Source: a virus. From it: a stretch of 64,000 bases of DNA. The DNA lies in the IMG/VR virus record IMGVR_UViG_3300023174_007844, positions 16,399 through 80,398 of that record; one strand, given 5' to 3'. Each line of letters starts with the position of its first letter. The first letter of the stretch is position 1. Of the stretch, positions 47,530 to 56,825 are shown in pieces. The notes beneath the pieces are model-generated. The model made no database searches. It saw nothing but the letters and a program-made list of their open reading frames with translations, and was not told the DNA's origin. The position numbers and the translations under genes are program-made.

Positions 47530-49317
47530 ATGTGGTACAACAGAACAATTTTAGCAGCAATACAAGATGCAATCAACGCCTTGCAATCAAAAGGTGTAAG
47601 TGATCAGATTATTCAGTTTGTGCACTCTTTGCCTAATGACAAAAAAGGTAAAGCAATTGGTGCGTTGAATCAAAATCCTTCTATGATGATTGATGATTTG
47701 AAAAGTTTATTCGAATCAGGTTATAAGCCTTCAAGTCAGGAATTGCAACTTGTTAAAGATTATGATCCAAAATTTCAAAGTTGGGCTTTATACCAATACA
47801 AACAATTAAGAGCTAACAAATTAAATGATGATCCAAAAGATGATAGATGGGAATATAAGCAACCATTAACTGGTTATGCTGGCATTAAAGATGATCTAGA
47901 TAAGGTTCACGATTTTTTTAGACATCATACTCTAGATAATCCTAACTATAACATTGGAACAAAATCATTTCAAGAAGCTTTTGATGATTCTGATGAGTGG
48001 CATAATGCTATGGCTCAAAGAGGATCTGGAAAATTCTATTTACCATTCAAGAGAGATGAATCTGGAGAATTGATTGACGAAAAGATTGTTCATAGATTTG
48101 AAGATGGATCTATGATTGTAAGAGTAGAAGATCCAAACGATTTAGATGTTGAAGGCAATTTTATGCATCACTGTGTAGGCTCATATGCAGACAGTGTTAA
48201 GTATGGAGATTGTACTATTTATTCTTTGAGAAATAAATTTAATAATCCAGAAGCAACTATTGAAGTTGGCAGAGATGGAAAAGTTAAGCAAATCAAGGGC
48301 CCAAGCAATTCTGAAATTCACGATGAGGATAAAGTAGAAAAAATTGCAGAATTCTTTGAAGGCAGAGATGACATTAAGAAAAAAGCTGGAGAAGGTTGGG
48401 TTCATCAGAGAGCTAGAGAATGGGATCCTAGCGAAGTAGATTGGTCTATCTATCCTGATGATTTGAGATATTCTATAACTGAGGCTGCTTACGGTCCATA
48501 TCTTGAAGATTATGATGATGAAGATCACGGAGACTTTGCTAGATTTGGAATTACTGCTAATGAGTTTGACCAAAATGAATTTACTGAGCAAAATATAAGA
48601 AATGTTGATATGGCTGATATTGTCAAAGAAGCAACTAAAGCTATAGATGAAGGATTGAAAAGCAAACCTTATGGAAGAACTTTTTCTTTAGAAGATTATG
48701 ATATCAATGAATTAGCTGACACTGTTGTAAGTGTTGCTTTTGATAAATTAAAAAGAATTGTAGATGACATTTATTTACCTGATCCAACACAAGAACCAGA
48801 TTTTTATGAGCGTCGTGGTGGAGTAGAAGCATACAAACTTAAAACAGCAGAAAGTTTATTAAGCAATAATCCATTAACAGATTTGCTTTATCATTTTGCT
48901 GATCGTTATGATGAATATGCAAGATATATGGATGATAATTTTGGTTTTAGCTTGGATGAGAATGAATTTAATTTAGATCAATCTGCTTTTGGGGCTATGG
49001 ATAATTCTTCAGATAAATTAAGTTTAGAAATAGCTAAAAAGATTTTTGAAAAATATGAAAATGATGAATCAGTGCAGAAGTTTGAAGAATTACTAGGAAC
49101 AAAGTTCATCTTACCTAATTTGCAAGATTATGATGTTGAATATAAACCAAAAATGAATTATATCACTGGTAAAGAAATGTACACAGAAGATCCAGCTCAA
49201 TTAAGATTCCAAGATCTTCCAGAAGGTGAATCTTTCAATTTAGCTAGACATAGAAAGAAACAACAGAATCTTGAAGATGATAATTTAGAAATTCCTTTTG
49301 AAGATGATTTTGAATAA
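47530..49317 (+). CDS. PcfJ-like domain protein with MWY leader
   Basis: LDVEGNFMHHCVGSY...IYSLR...ATIEV...QIKGPSN; C-terminal FNLARH. Confidence 0.75.
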   Translation: MWYNRTILAAIQDAINALQSKGVSDQIIQFVHSLPNDKKGKAIGALNQNPSMMIDDLKSLFESGYKPSSQELQLVKDYDPKFQSWALYQYKQLRANKLNDDPKDDRWEYKQPLTGYAGIKDDLDKVHDFFRHHTLDNPNYNIGTKSFQEAFDDSDEWHNAMAQRGSGKFYLPFKRDESGELIDEKIVHRFEDGSMIVRVEDPNDLDVEGNFMHHCVGSYADSVKYGDCTIYSLRNKFNNPEATIEVGRDGKVKQIKGPSNSEIHDEDKVEKIAEFFEGRDDIKKKAGEGWVHQRAREWDPSEVDWSIYPDDLRYSITEAAYGPYLEDYDDEDHGDFARFGITANEFDQNEFTEQNIRNVDMADIVKEATKAIDEGLKSKPYGRTFSLEDYDINELADTVVSVAFDKLKRIVDDIYLPDPTQEPDFYERRGGVEAYKLKTAESLLSNNPLTDLLYHFADRYDEYARYMDDNFGFSLDENEFNLDQSAFGAMDNSSDKLSLEIAKKIFEKYENDESVQKFEELLGTKFILPNLQDYDVEYKPKMNYITGKEMYTEDPAQLRFQDLPEGESFNLARHRKKQQNLEDDNLEIPFEDDFE

Positions 49318-49323
49318 TTAAAA

Positions 49324-52300
49324 TTATATCTTTTTTCTTAAAATATAGGTTAGTTTATCTGCTAACCTATATTCTTTTTTAAAATCCAATTTTTGAGCGA
49401 TTTTCACCATAGAGTTTACAAAGGCAGTGGTAAGTTCTTCATCTTCTTCAGGTACATCTTCTTCTGACGCAAATGGATCAGGCAATTCTTTTTGTGTTTC
49501 AGGCGGTGTTGGTCTTTTTCCTTTCATCACTTGGCCAGTTTCTTCATCAAAATATCCAGTGCCATATTTTGATTTTCTTTCATATGCAAGAATTTTCGGA
49601 GCAAGGTTAGGATACATATGAACTAATGCTGCTCTTATCTCTGGCATTATATTTACATAAACATCTCCGTTCAAAACTTGCATTTCAAAAAATTTAGGAT
49701 AATTTCTTAATAAATGTAATTGATGATTTAAATTTGGACGATTTCTAAAATAACTAAATATGTCTAAATTATAAAAATTTGGATCTTCTTTTACTTCTGG
49801 ATAATAATGTGTATACAAATCCAAAAATTCTAACATAATATCTGGTGTAAAGTCTTTGAAAGAGTCGATTTCTTCATCACTAAATTTTCTTTTTTCTAGT
49901 ATTTTTGAGAGGAATTCAAATGCATAACTTCTACCACGATGTAATACTCTGTAAAATTCAGATCTTACATATCTGTTGCCATCTAAAAATTGATTTATAT
50001 AGTCTTCATATAGCCAAGGTGTTTTTTCAATGTCTATATTAGACATAAAATATCTAGCAGAAATGTTATTCATTTTTCTCTGCAAAAATTCTTTAATTTC
50101 TGGATCTTCTAAAAATTCTTGTGGAATAAACCTTAAAATGTTTGCAAAATCATTTTCATTAAAATTTAAATTACTTCCTATCCAATCAGCAAAATGATCA
50201 ATATTCTTAAAGAAATTTTTCCAGAAATTTATATCTTGTATTGCATTTTGAAATTCTTGAATAGCATCTCTGAAATTTTCTTTTGCCTCATCACTCATCT
50301 CAACTTCTTCAAATTTCTTAAATAATTTGCCATCATTGTAAATAGCCCATAATAAAGTTTGATTTGCATTATGAGGGATAATTTCTTCTGGTCTATCTTT
50401 GTATGCGTAATGAGCGTCTTTTAAGATTGTTTGTTCGTGCTCTTTAAGATCAAATGCAAAATTTATGGTTGGATTATTACTCCAATCATATTGATAAGTT
50501 CCACTATATTCGTCAAAATTATTAAATGAAAATTCACGTAAAAGATCTACATTTTTTATTTGGTTAATTAATGAAAGATCAAAAGGATCGCTGGGATTGT
50601 AATATTTAGTAATATCTTTGGAAGGTTTGGGACATAAAATTGAATACTTTACTTCTTCAAATACCCCAAGTTCTTTTGCTTTTTCAAAATCATTTTTATC
50701 AAAACCAGTTGCCATTGCCACTTCTTTAATAAGTGATTTATCCCCTGATTGCAATACGACATTTTTTAAATCATTTTTTGGAAAAGCCGAAGTGTAATCT
50801 ACTAAATCATTATCTGTCAATCTATTTTTTGCATACAATAAAAATAATTTTGGATCTTCAAAAATTAAATTTCGTACACCATTTGGAACAAAAGTTTTTA
50901 CAGTGCTAATATATTTGATCAATAAATCTCTGTCGTTTAAATCTAATAATAAATCAGCATCATTAAGGCGAACTCCAATACCAGTTTGTAAGTTATCGTT
51001 TTCTATCAAAGTTTCAAGATAAATTCTTAAAAAATCTGGTTTTTCTTTTAAGGTTGGTTGTGCAATTTCATCTATACCGCCCTGTTTTTCGATTAATTGT
51101 TCAAATAAATCTTTTCTATTTAAGTTTATTAAATCAATTTGCATAAGAGGGCTAAATCTTCTACCACCTATAATTTGACTTCTTAAATATGAAGTAAGTA
51201 AATTTTTGTTTTTTCTAAAAAATTGATATTGCGTTTCAGAAAGTTGCAAACCAGTGTTGACATATTTCATCAACAAATCTTCACCACCAACACTTCTAGA
51301 TAAATATTCTAAAACTTCATCTTTTACACGTTTACCTAAACCCATCCATCTTGAAGTATAGAATTTAGCATCAGGGTTATTAAGGATGTACGCAATACCA
51401 GATCTATCTGAAACCTCTTCTATGATATCTAAACTATTTTTATCTATTCTTTGAATGTCACTATCTTCGCCATTGACTTTAGATTTTCCAGATTGCCATA
51501 AAAGTATATCTTCCACACCCAAAGCAGCTATATAGTTAAAAGTGCCATTTTGTAATCTTTCTTCTGTAGACTTGGGTTTGTTCTTAAGAATTAATTCTTC
51601 TTGACCAGTTTCAGGATTTGGTCTTGTTGCTTGTAAATTAATTCCCTTGCTAGTTAAGTATTGAGAATACTTATCCCAATCCCATCCATTTGTAAGTTGA
51701 TGTCCGGTTATATTTGGAATGTCTGTTAATAAAACATTTTCTGAAGCAAAATCAATTGCAACTTTTCTTTGATTTTCTGTAGGAGGATTGTTATCAAAAA
51801 CTACAAAAAAAGAAGCATCGTGACTATCTCTATAAGATTGCCACATATTATTTGGGCCTTTATAGCCAATACACCAACTTGTATCATCACCAACTAATCT
51901 TCTACCATCGTTGGCATTATTTATCTCAAATATCCTTATAGAATTATCTTTATTTGCTACAACAGGAACATCTTCTGTTTCAGTGTTTGTAGCTTGTTCT
52001 TCAGCTTCTAAAATAGGAAATTGAGCGTGTATATATTCTGTTAATTTAATCGCATCATCAAAAACTTCGTCGTTTATTTTGACAGCATTTTTACTAACTG
52101 AAAATTTAGTAATTCTTCTTGAGTCAATATATTTTTGTATAGCTTCTACATATTCATCTGCTTCAATATTACGAGCTAATATCCAAGCAGCAAATACTTG
52201 ATACTTTTGATCATATTTCTTTACTGTTTCTCTTAAGTCTTGATAATATTCTGCATCTTTACCCAAATGATTGCAAATTGCTTGAATATCTTCTTTTATG

Positions 52301-52335
52301 CCAGCTGTGATGATCCTAAAACTATACCTTTTCAT
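49324..52335 (-). CDS. Large protein with TSWCIG domain and C-terminal tag
   Basis: GDDTSWCIG...NMWQSY...FFVVFD; ends MVKIAQKLDFKKEYRLADKLTYIL. Confidence 0.7.
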   Translation of the reverse strand: MKRYSFRIITAGIKEDIQAICNHLGKDAEYYQDLRETVKKYDQKYQVFAAWILARNIEADEYVEAIQKYIDSRRITKFSVSKNAVKINDEVFDDAIKLTEYIHAQFPILEAEEQATNTETEDVPVVANKDNSIRIFEINNANDGRRLVGDDTSWCIGYKGPNNMWQSYRDSHDASFFVVFDNNPPTENQRKVAIDFASENVLLTDIPNITGHQLTNGWDWDKYSQYLTSKGINLQATRPNPETGQEELILKNKPKSTEERLQNGTFNYIAALGVEDILLWQSGKSKVNGEDSDIQRIDKNSLDIIEEVSDRSGIAYILNNPDAKFYTSRWMGLGKRVKDEVLEYLSRSVGGEDLLMKYVNTGLQLSETQYQFFRKNKNLLTSYLRSQIIGGRRFSPLMQIDLINLNRKDLFEQLIEKQGGIDEIAQPTLKEKPDFLRIYLETLIENDNLQTGIGVRLNDADLLLDLNDRDLLIKYISTVKTFVPNGVRNLIFEDPKLFLLYAKNRLTDNDLVDYTSAFPKNDLKNVVLQSGDKSLIKEVAMATGFDKNDFEKAKELGVFEEVKYSILCPKPSKDITKYYNPSDPFDLSLINQIKNVDLLREFSFNNFDEYSGTYQYDWSNNPTINFAFDLKEHEQTILKDAHYAYKDRPEEIIPHNANQTLLWAIYNDGKLFKKFEEVEMSDEAKENFRDAIQEFQNAIQDINFWKNFFKNIDHFADWIGSNLNFNENDFANILRFIPQEFLEDPEIKEFLQRKMNNISARYFMSNIDIEKTPWLYEDYINQFLDGNRYVRSEFYRVLHRGRSYAFEFLSKILEKRKFSDEEIDSFKDFTPDIMLEFLDLYTHYYPEVKEDPNFYNLDIFSYFRNRPNLNHQLHLLRNYPKFFEMQVLNGDVYVNIMPEIRAALVHMYPNLAPKILAYERKSKYGTGYFDEETGQVMKGKRPTPPETQKELPDPFASEEDVPEEDEELTTAFVNSMVKIAQKLDFKKEYRLADKLTYILRKKI

Positions 52336-52376
52336 AACATTTTTATTCCATTATTTAGTATACAGTTTCCTATTTC

Positions 52377-52440
52377 GCATCCCAAAACACAAAAACAGGG
52401 GCTGCTTTTTCAAAGCCCCTGTTTTTGTGTTTTGGGATGC
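52377..52440. repeat. Perfect 27-bp inverted repeat (10-nt loop)
   Basis: GCATCCCAAAACACAAAAACAGGGGCT / AGCCCCTGTTTTTGTGTTTTGGGATGC. Confidence 0.9.
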
Positions 52441-52446
52441 TCCTAA

Positions 52447-52779
52447 CTACTTTTGAATACCATCAGGACGACCTTGCTTGCCACCACCCTGACCACGACC
52501 AGCAGAACCATCTACTCCGCCACGATCTACAGTTGGAAGAGTAGTCTTTGCCACAAGCTTCAATCCATCAACACTAAATTGATAAAGAGTGTTACCTGAA
52601 ATGACATAAACATAATTGCCAGAAGCAGCTACAGAAGAACCACCCCCAGCACGTCCACCACCTTGACCAGGACCAACCGGACGAGGAGCATCCTGACCTT
52701 GGAAGCCACCTGGAACCTGTGCAAAAACGACACCGAGAACAGCCAAAGAAGCTGCAAGAGAGACGAGCACTTTATTCAT
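52447..52779 (-). CDS. Small secreted Gly-rich protein
   Basis: Signal peptide ...VVFA-Q; VAASGNYVYVISGNTLYQF; higher GC. Confidence 0.75.
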   Translation of the reverse strand: MNKVLVSLAASLAVLGVVFAQVPGGFQGQDAPRPVGPGQGGGRAGGGSSVAASGNYVYVISGNTLYQFSVDGLKLVAKTTLPTVDRGGVDGSAGRGQGGGKQGRPDGIQK

Positions 52780-52918
52780 AATTTTTACCTCTGTTCAATA
52801 GACGAACAATAGTATTATATGTTCAATAAATGAGTGAAAGATTAAGATAGATCTTTTAGCAAACAGAAACAAAAAAAAGATCTACTTTCGTAGATCTTTT
52901 TTTCTAATTTGCTAAAAA

Positions 52919-53818
52919 TTAATTGCAGCCTTGATAATCACCAGTAGCCCAGAGACAAAGATCTCCTACTGCTTTCTTGTATTGAACAGCCTTAGCGTGT
53001 CCATCTACAAAAATACAGTTGACAGTACCAGTATGTCTAGCACCAATTTTATTCAATCCTGTTGCAGCGTCGAGAGTGCCACCAGATGCACTCCAGTTTG
53101 CGTTTCCAAGATTCTTCCAATAATACTTATATTGGCTACCTTGTGAATTTACATATGTTTGGATAGCAGCAATATCTGAAGTAGTAAATTTAGTAGTATC
53201 AAGTAAACCTGATTCATTCATTACATCTGGAACTACACCATAGTAAGAAGCATCAGATACAAGAATAATTCCAGCAGGTCTGGAAACGCTAGCTGCTGCA
53301 ACACTTTGTGGATTACCACTAGCATCAGCGAATGAACCAGCAGGACTCATCCAAGCATCATTATGTCCATATGAGTTTTGTCCACCATAGTTTGTTCCCA
53401 ATGCTCCTGGTGCATTGAAATTGATCTTTGCTTTATCTCCTGGTGCAAAAGCAGTTGGATTGCTAGGACACTTGAATAAAGTATAGTTCTTTACATATGG
53501 TTGAAGTAAGTGTACCCAGTAATAACGCATAGAAGAATTTGCATCGTAAGCACTAGCAGCTGGATCTCCTACATACTGAGGACAAACCTGAAATGCGCCA
53601 GAAGCATCACGGCAGTTGAAACGGTGTGGGTAATAGTTCTCATCATAGTCTTGGACATACATCATAGTAGATGTACCAATCTGTTTCATATTAGATAAGC
53701 AGGATGCAGAACGAGCCTTATCACGAGCCTGGGCAAAAACAGGGAAGAGAATTGCAGCCAAAATAGCGATGATTGCAATGACAACGAGGAGTTCAATAAG
53801 AGTAAACGCTTTTTTCAT
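52919..53818 (-). CDS. Prepilin-type N-terminal cleavage/methylation protein, DUF1559 / H-X9-DG family
   Basis: [36 protein letters not shown]...CLSN.KQ; C-terminal [16 protein letters not shown]. Confidence 0.93.
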   Translation of the reverse strand: MKKAFTLIELLVVIAIIAILAAILFPVFAQARDKARSASCLSNMKQIGTSTMMYVQDYDENYYPHRFNCRDASGAFQVCPQYVGDPAASAYDANSSMRYYWVHLLQPYVKNYTLFKCPSNPTAFAPGDKAKINFNAPGALGTNYGGQNSYGHNDAWMSPAGSFADASGNPQSVAAASVSRPAGIILVSDASYYGVVPDVMNESGLLDTTKFTTSDIAAIQTYVNSQGSQYKYYWKNLGNANWSASGGTLDAATGLNKIGARHTGTVNCIFVDGHAKAVQYKKAVGDLCLWATGDYQGCN

Positions 53819-53941
53819 TTTTTAGTTTCCTTTTAGAAATCTGTAATTATTATTCCACTAAATAAGTAAAGATATATTAAGAGAAATAAATAATTTCTTA
53901 ATAAAAAGGAGCGCATATCCTAAACTCTCTATAATAAAAAT

Positions 53942-54430
53942 ATGAAATACAAAATTACAATAAAAGGCGCAAAAGAACAGAAGTATCTTTTCCTAGATAT
54001 AGATGGAGTGATGAATTCTTTCAATGATTACAATGTGACAGGCGAAGAATTCCTAGATAAAATAAATGATATATCTTTTGTAATTAGTAAGAAACAAATA
54101 GATCTTTTAAACCAAATAATAGAAAAATATAATCCTAAAATAGTGCTGTCTTCCTATTGGCGCACAAGATATCCAATAGAAAAAATAAATAAGATATTTA
54201 AAGAAAATGGATCGAAATGCGCAGTGATAGCAAAGACAGATGAAAAAGGCGAAGAACACAAAGACAGATGGGAACAAATAAAAAGATTTATAGATAAAAA
54301 CAACATAGAAAACTATATAATATTAGATGATGATAGTTTGGGCAATAAAGCCAAAAATCATATCAAAACAGATCCATACAAAGGTTTAGAAAAAGAACAT
54401 ATAGACAGAATAAAAAAGATATGGAAATAA
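53942..54430 (+). CDS. HAD phosphatase (Swiss-Army-Knife RNA-repair-like HAD)
   Basis: FLDIDGVMN, IVLSSYWR, YIILDD, GL. Confidence 0.8.
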   Translation: MKYKITIKGAKEQKYLFLDIDGVMNSFNDYNVTGEEFLDKINDISFVISKKQIDLLNQIIEKYNPKIVLSSYWRTRYPIEKINKIFKENGSKCAVIAKTDEKGEEHKDRWEQIKRFIDKNNIENYIILDDDSLGNKAKNHIKTDPYKGLEKEHIDRIKKIWK

Positions 54431-54466
54431 ACTAGTGAAAATCAATATTACAGAGAATAATATATT

Positions 54467-54955
54467 ATGAAAAAAGTAATTGCTGGATACATAGAACTCG
54501 CAAATATTCTTGATGATGCTGGACACGAACAAGAAGCGCAAGAATTTACTGAACGTGCTGTCAAACTAGCTCAAACTCATCAATCATCAACTAATCCAAG
54601 AAAATTAGAATCTTTTAAAAGTATGGTTAATCAAGACGCAGCAAAAGCAACTGATTTAATTATGCAAGCAATGAAAGGTGAAATTTCAAAAGATATGCTT
54701 AATTCAGAAATAAAAAGCATGTTGAAAAAACAAGAATCATATAAGAAAAATGAAAATATCAGTAAACATGATGAAGATATATTATTAAATAGCATAGTAA
54801 ATAATAATAAAACCAAATCATCAGATGGCCCAAAGTTCAAAACAGTTCAAGAAGCAAGAAACTATTACAGCCAAAAACATGTATTTAGAACTACTGAAGA
54901 AGCTGAACAATTTGAAAAAGAAAAAAATCAATTCTTTAAGTCGCAAGGAAGATAA
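54467..54955 (+). CDS. Tagged hypothetical protein
   Basis: YIELANILDDAGHEQEAQEFTERAVKLAQ. Confidence 0.7.
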   Translation: MKKVIAGYIELANILDDAGHEQEAQEFTERAVKLAQTHQSSTNPRKLESFKSMVNQDAAKATDLIMQAMKGEISKDMLNSEIKSMLKKQESYKKNENISKHDEDILLNSIVNNNKTKSSDGPKFKTVQEARNYYSQKHVFRTTEEAEQFEKEKNQFFKSQGR

Positions 54956-55114
54956 ATGAAAAAGAAATTGTCTCCAGAACAAGAAGCATTATTAAGTAAA
55001 TTCAAAAGCGCAAATAATAATGGTGCAAAAACTTCTATAGATAATAAAAATGAAAAGGCTCTGACAAATGCGCCAAAGCCTCAAATAAGAAGAAGTGGTA
55101 GTAGAGGGAAATAA
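54956..55114 (+). CDS. Small basic protein
   Basis: Hand-translated 52 aa MKKKLSPEQEALL...RRSGSRGK. Confidence 0.5.
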   Translation: MKKKLSPEQEALLSKFKSANNNGAKTSIDNKNEKALTNAPKPQIRRSGSRGK

Positions 55115-55354
55115 TTAGACCGGCTGTGTCCAATCTGGGCCAGCAAGAATAGCTAAAATTTCTTCATATGTATGATAGTCAGATTTGGTAGTGAGACTTT
55201 CAACACAAGTTGGAACCGTATCTCCATCCCATTTCACAAAAGTCTTAGTGCCATCAACACTCTTGCGCAATGTATCAGCGCTAGTCTCTAAAACCTGCAA
55301 AAAATCAATTAGTGAAATTTCATCCACACTAAAAATAACAAATGTTCTGTTCAT
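55115..55354 (-). CDS. Conserved small phage protein
   Basis: Likely start MNRTFVIF; TLRKSVDGTKTFVKWDG...YEEILAIL..PDWT. Confidence 0.65.
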   Translation of the reverse strand: MNRTFVIFSVDEISLIDFLQVLETSADTLRKSVDGTKTFVKWDGDTVPTCVESLTTKSDYHTYEEILAILAGPDWTQPV

Positions 55355-55427
55355 AGTAATATTATAAAAGAAGGTGAGATAAATCTTCTTACTGTACATT
55401 AACATATAAATACCTTTATTTTTTGGA

Positions 55428-55817
55428 ATGATAATGAACAGACGAATCTTAATATCAATGAATGAAATTTGTGAAGAATTAGATAAATTGAATCTTGTGG
55501 AAGCATCTAATGAAATAACACGAGTTATGATGAAAATTGCACAAGAAAACACTAATCTTCTTGAAGAAGGAAGTTTAGTTGATTCTCCTCAATTTGCTGC
55601 TTGGACAAATTTTGGCAAATTTTTAGCCAAAAAAGATCCAGATTTTATTGCTCCAATAAAACCTAGAGTTTCAGTGATAACTTATGAAGATGTAACTGAC
55701 AAAGCACTTGCAGAATATCATACTTATAAAAATAACAAAAAACAAACTTCTAAATTTACTTATGAAGAAGAAAATAAACTCAAACAATTAGCATTAAATG
55801 CAGATAGGGCAAGATAA
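55428..55817 (+). CDS. Tagged hypothetical protein
   Basis: MNRRILISMNEICEELDKLNLVEASNEITRVMMKIAQ. Confidence 0.7.
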   Translation: MIMNRRILISMNEICEELDKLNLVEASNEITRVMMKIAQENTNLLEEGSLVDSPQFAAWTNFGKFLAKKDPDFIAPIKPRVSVITYEDVTDKALAEYHTYKNNKKQTSKFTYEEENKLKQLALNADRAR

Positions 55818-56161
55818 TGGGAAAATTTATTAAAACAGCGCTTCTTCAACAAAAAGAAAGATTAGAACAACAAGAAGTACAATTAGAAGAGGTGAGAAAA
55901 GGCGAACTTTATAAATCATTACAAGATGGCCTTTCAAAACATCACAAAACAGTGGATCCAAAGAATTTTGAAGATTTATTTGAAAAAGTGAGAAAAGGCA
56001 ATCCTAGCGATCCATTAGAGATCCAATTAAGTAAAGCTGGCCTTTATAAACAAAAAAATAATGTAGAAGACAAAACATTTACAGAAATATTAGAAGAAAT
56101 TGAAAAAGGTTTTCCTAAAGAAATTATAGAGATTCAATTAGATCCTAGAAGATATGAATAA
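55817..56161 (+). CDS. Hypothetical protein
   Basis: MGKFIKTA start; TAATG coupled. Confidence 0.6.
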   Translation: MGKFIKTALLQQKERLEQQEVQLEEVRKGELYKSLQDGLSKHHKTVDPKNFEDLFEKVRKGNPSDPLEIQLSKAGLYKQKNNVEDKTFTEILEEIEKGFPKEIIEIQLDPRRYE

Positions 56162-56612
56162 ATTAGTAAGAATAGCCCAACAATTAGACAAAAATGGCCA
56201 ATATAAAGCTGCTGACAAGATAGCTTCCATTTTACTTATGGCCATACAATATAAACAAGATTTAGAAGATGGTATTAGGGCTTTATTCAATTATTATGAT
56301 GAAAGAACATTAACAAGATTACTAAAACAAACAAATATTTTAGAAAATAATGGTGATATATCTTCTCGCCCATTCGATTATAACGAATTGATGCAAGAAC
56401 TAAATAATTTTGAAACAATATCACCAGAAGACATGCCAACAAGATCAGGAAATAATAATTATCAAAATTTAGAAGAAGTAAAATCTTCTATCATGAAAAC
56501 AATTGAAATTATAGACAAATTCCAAATATCAATAGCAAATGCACACGATGTTCAAAGAGAACAACAAAAGAAAATACAAGATTTACAGGGTGATATTATT
56601 CCCGACGAGTGA
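56154..56612 (+). CDS. Tagged hypothetical protein
   Basis: MNKLVRIAQQLDKNGQYKAADKIASIL. Confidence 0.7.
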   Translation: MNKLVRIAQQLDKNGQYKAADKIASILLMAIQYKQDLEDGIRALFNYYDERTLTRLLKQTNILENNGDISSRPFDYNELMQELNNFETISPEDMPTRSGNNNYQNLEEVKSSIMKTIEIIDKFQISIANAHDVQREQQKKIQDLQGDIIPDE

Positions 56613-56825
56613 AATTAATCTACAACAAAATATAAAACAATAAATTACCAAACTGTAAAGAGCTATAGCATTCCTATAGCTCTTTCTCTTTTCCCAATTA
56701 TATAAATGCAAATAATACGCAGCAACCCACATCAATAATGCATAAAGAAACCATTGAACTAAGTTTTCACTCTCACTTGCCCATATGAAATAAAAATATA
56801 ATTGTATCCCAAAGATTATTCTCAT
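56583..56825 (-). CDS. Small membrane protein
   Basis: Hydrophobic 80 aa, coupled to upstream gene. Confidence 0.5.
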   Translation of the reverse strand: MRIIFGIQLYFYFIWASESENLVQWFLYALLMWVAAYYLHLYNWEKRKSYRNAIALYSLVIYCFIFCCRLISLVGNNITL

